A program made the translations under genes and the position numbers. The notes below the pieces were generated by a model, which was not told the origin of the DNA, searched no databases, and worked only from the letters and a program-made list of their open reading frames with translations. 64,000 bases of DNA from Mobula hypostoma (taxonomy: Eukaryota): positions 65,412,001 through 65,476,000 of the forward strand of contig NC_086108.1 of the NCBI RefSeq assembly GCF_963921235.1, given 5' to 3'. Numbering within the stretch: position 1 is the first letter of the stretch; each line of letters starts with the position of its first letter. Below are positions 62,795-64,000 of the stretch, piece by piece.

Positions 62795-63055
62795 ACAAAA
62801 TTAGGAACAAGAGAGGCTCACTCAACCCCTAAGTTTCTCCACCATTAAGTAGGATCATGGTTACTTACAGAGTCTATTTACATTGGCTAGTTAATGTACT
62901 AACCTGTACACCTTTGCGAGATGGGATGAAACCAGCACATATAAGGAAAGCACATGGTCACAGGGCAAACGTGCAAGCTCCACAAAGACAGGAGCCAAGG
63001 CTGGAATTGAATCCAGGTTTCTGTAGCTGTGAAGCAGCAGCTCTATTACTTGTGT
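62795..63055 (-). mobile_element. V-SINE-like element
   Basis: ggtcacagggcaaacgtgcaagctccaca..ggaattgaatccagg, similar to the 19430 copy. Confidence 0.6.
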
Positions 63056-63174
63056 CATTATACATCCCTTGCAAACTCCACGCAGGTAGGACCTGAGGTT
63101 GATTTTGAACCTGGGTCCCTGGCTTGGTATGAAGAATTTAAAATAAAATGTCGAATTTAGATTAGTAGACATTC

Positions 63175-63550
63175 TGAGGAGGCCTCCATCGGTCTGAGTT
63201 GACCATGGATATTGTGTCCTAGCTGTTTAGATATGCAAGCCTGGGCAGTACGATATGGAGAGCAAAATGTTGACCATGTAGCAAGCTCCCTCCTCACACA
63301 ACTGTTGAACCCAAAGGAATGGCAGAGACCGATATAGTTTGGTACCAGCAGCATTGCAGGAGTTGCCAGCTAGCATTGAATTCAATGTAGGACTGTCTTA
63401 GGGACTCCTGCTCCAGATTGTTCCCTTGGGGTTTACACCTGAAGCCATCCCCATGAGTGGGAATAGCCACAAGGCAGTGGAGGTTTGAGATCAGAGTTTT
63501 TCTTCTCCTAGGTGAGCTGCCAGTCACGGCTGACGAACCCCCATCTGCCC
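63175..63550 (-). mobile_element. RTE-derived short non-autonomous element
   Basis: Minus strand starts gggcagatggg..ctaggagaagaaaaactctgatctcaaacc (RTE-type 5' motif); 3' part shared with the tail of the SINE at 29842-30025. Confidence 0.6.
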
Positions 63551-64000
63551 AAAATTAATGCATAGATATTAATGCAGGGGTAAATACTTGCGTTTCAGAT
63601 AAACGCAACCTCCAGGCTGAGACTCCCGATTGAATTGAATGGGAACTGTTCCCCAGCGTAATACTGAGGAATCTCAGCATGACACTGATCAATTTTCACA
63701 CTCCATGTGAACTCCAGTGGCAGAGTGGAGTGATGAATGTTACCAGCATTTGTGTCTCAGCACAATCCAGGTGCATGGTAGATTTGTGCAAGTCCAGGAC
63801 TTGCTCATCATATAATGGGTGCATGATTGAATGTTATGATTAATTAAGTTCCATGGAGCATTGTTCTGGTTAAAATAGGTTATTGTTACAATTTTATTTG
63901 AAAGAACTGAATGATTTTTCTTTGTTTTAAAGCCAAGGAATAAATATATTCTTCTACTTAAGTGAACTAAAACTGACAATAATATTTCTTCCTATCGTCA

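Noticed and set aside
63380..63550. HDV-like ribozyme at the 5' end of the second RTE-type element
   Set aside because: Could not fit P1, P1.1, P2 and P3 by eye.
111..63979. Most ORFs in the supplied six-frame track as independent genes
   Set aside because: They are transposon fragments, their antisense shadows, or chance ORFs in AT-rich introns. Only 23003-23419 and 58600-58821 overlap real exons in frame.

Overview
Eukaryotic (vertebrate) genomic DNA. The CR1/Penelope/Rex1/V-SINE repeat landscape suggests a cartilaginous fish such as a ray (inference). The window is the interior of a + strand multi-PDZ gene, best matching PATJ (INADL). Ten GT-AG exons splice in frame into 1194 nt / 398 codons, covering the end of PDZ3, PDZ4, PDZ5 and linkers. 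The introns are packed with nested transposon remnants: CR1 LINEs (one young and near-intact), Rex1/Babar LINEs, two Penelope-like element (PLE) families, tRNA/CORE and V-SINEs, Tc1 and Tigger-like DNA transposons, and a solo LTR. The most notable signals are: (i) self-cleaving ribozyme motifs carried by retroelements, namely minimal type-I hammerheads in TSD-flanked PLE ends (including a palindrome with two back-to-back hammerheads) and a candidate HDV-like ribozyme at the 5' end of a non-autonomous RTE-type insertion; (ii) a heavily eroded fossil Gypsy element with the integrase-before-RT (Gmr1-like) order; (iii) an extra 66-nt symmetric PATJ exon. All homology calls are from memory of family motifs, not database searches.
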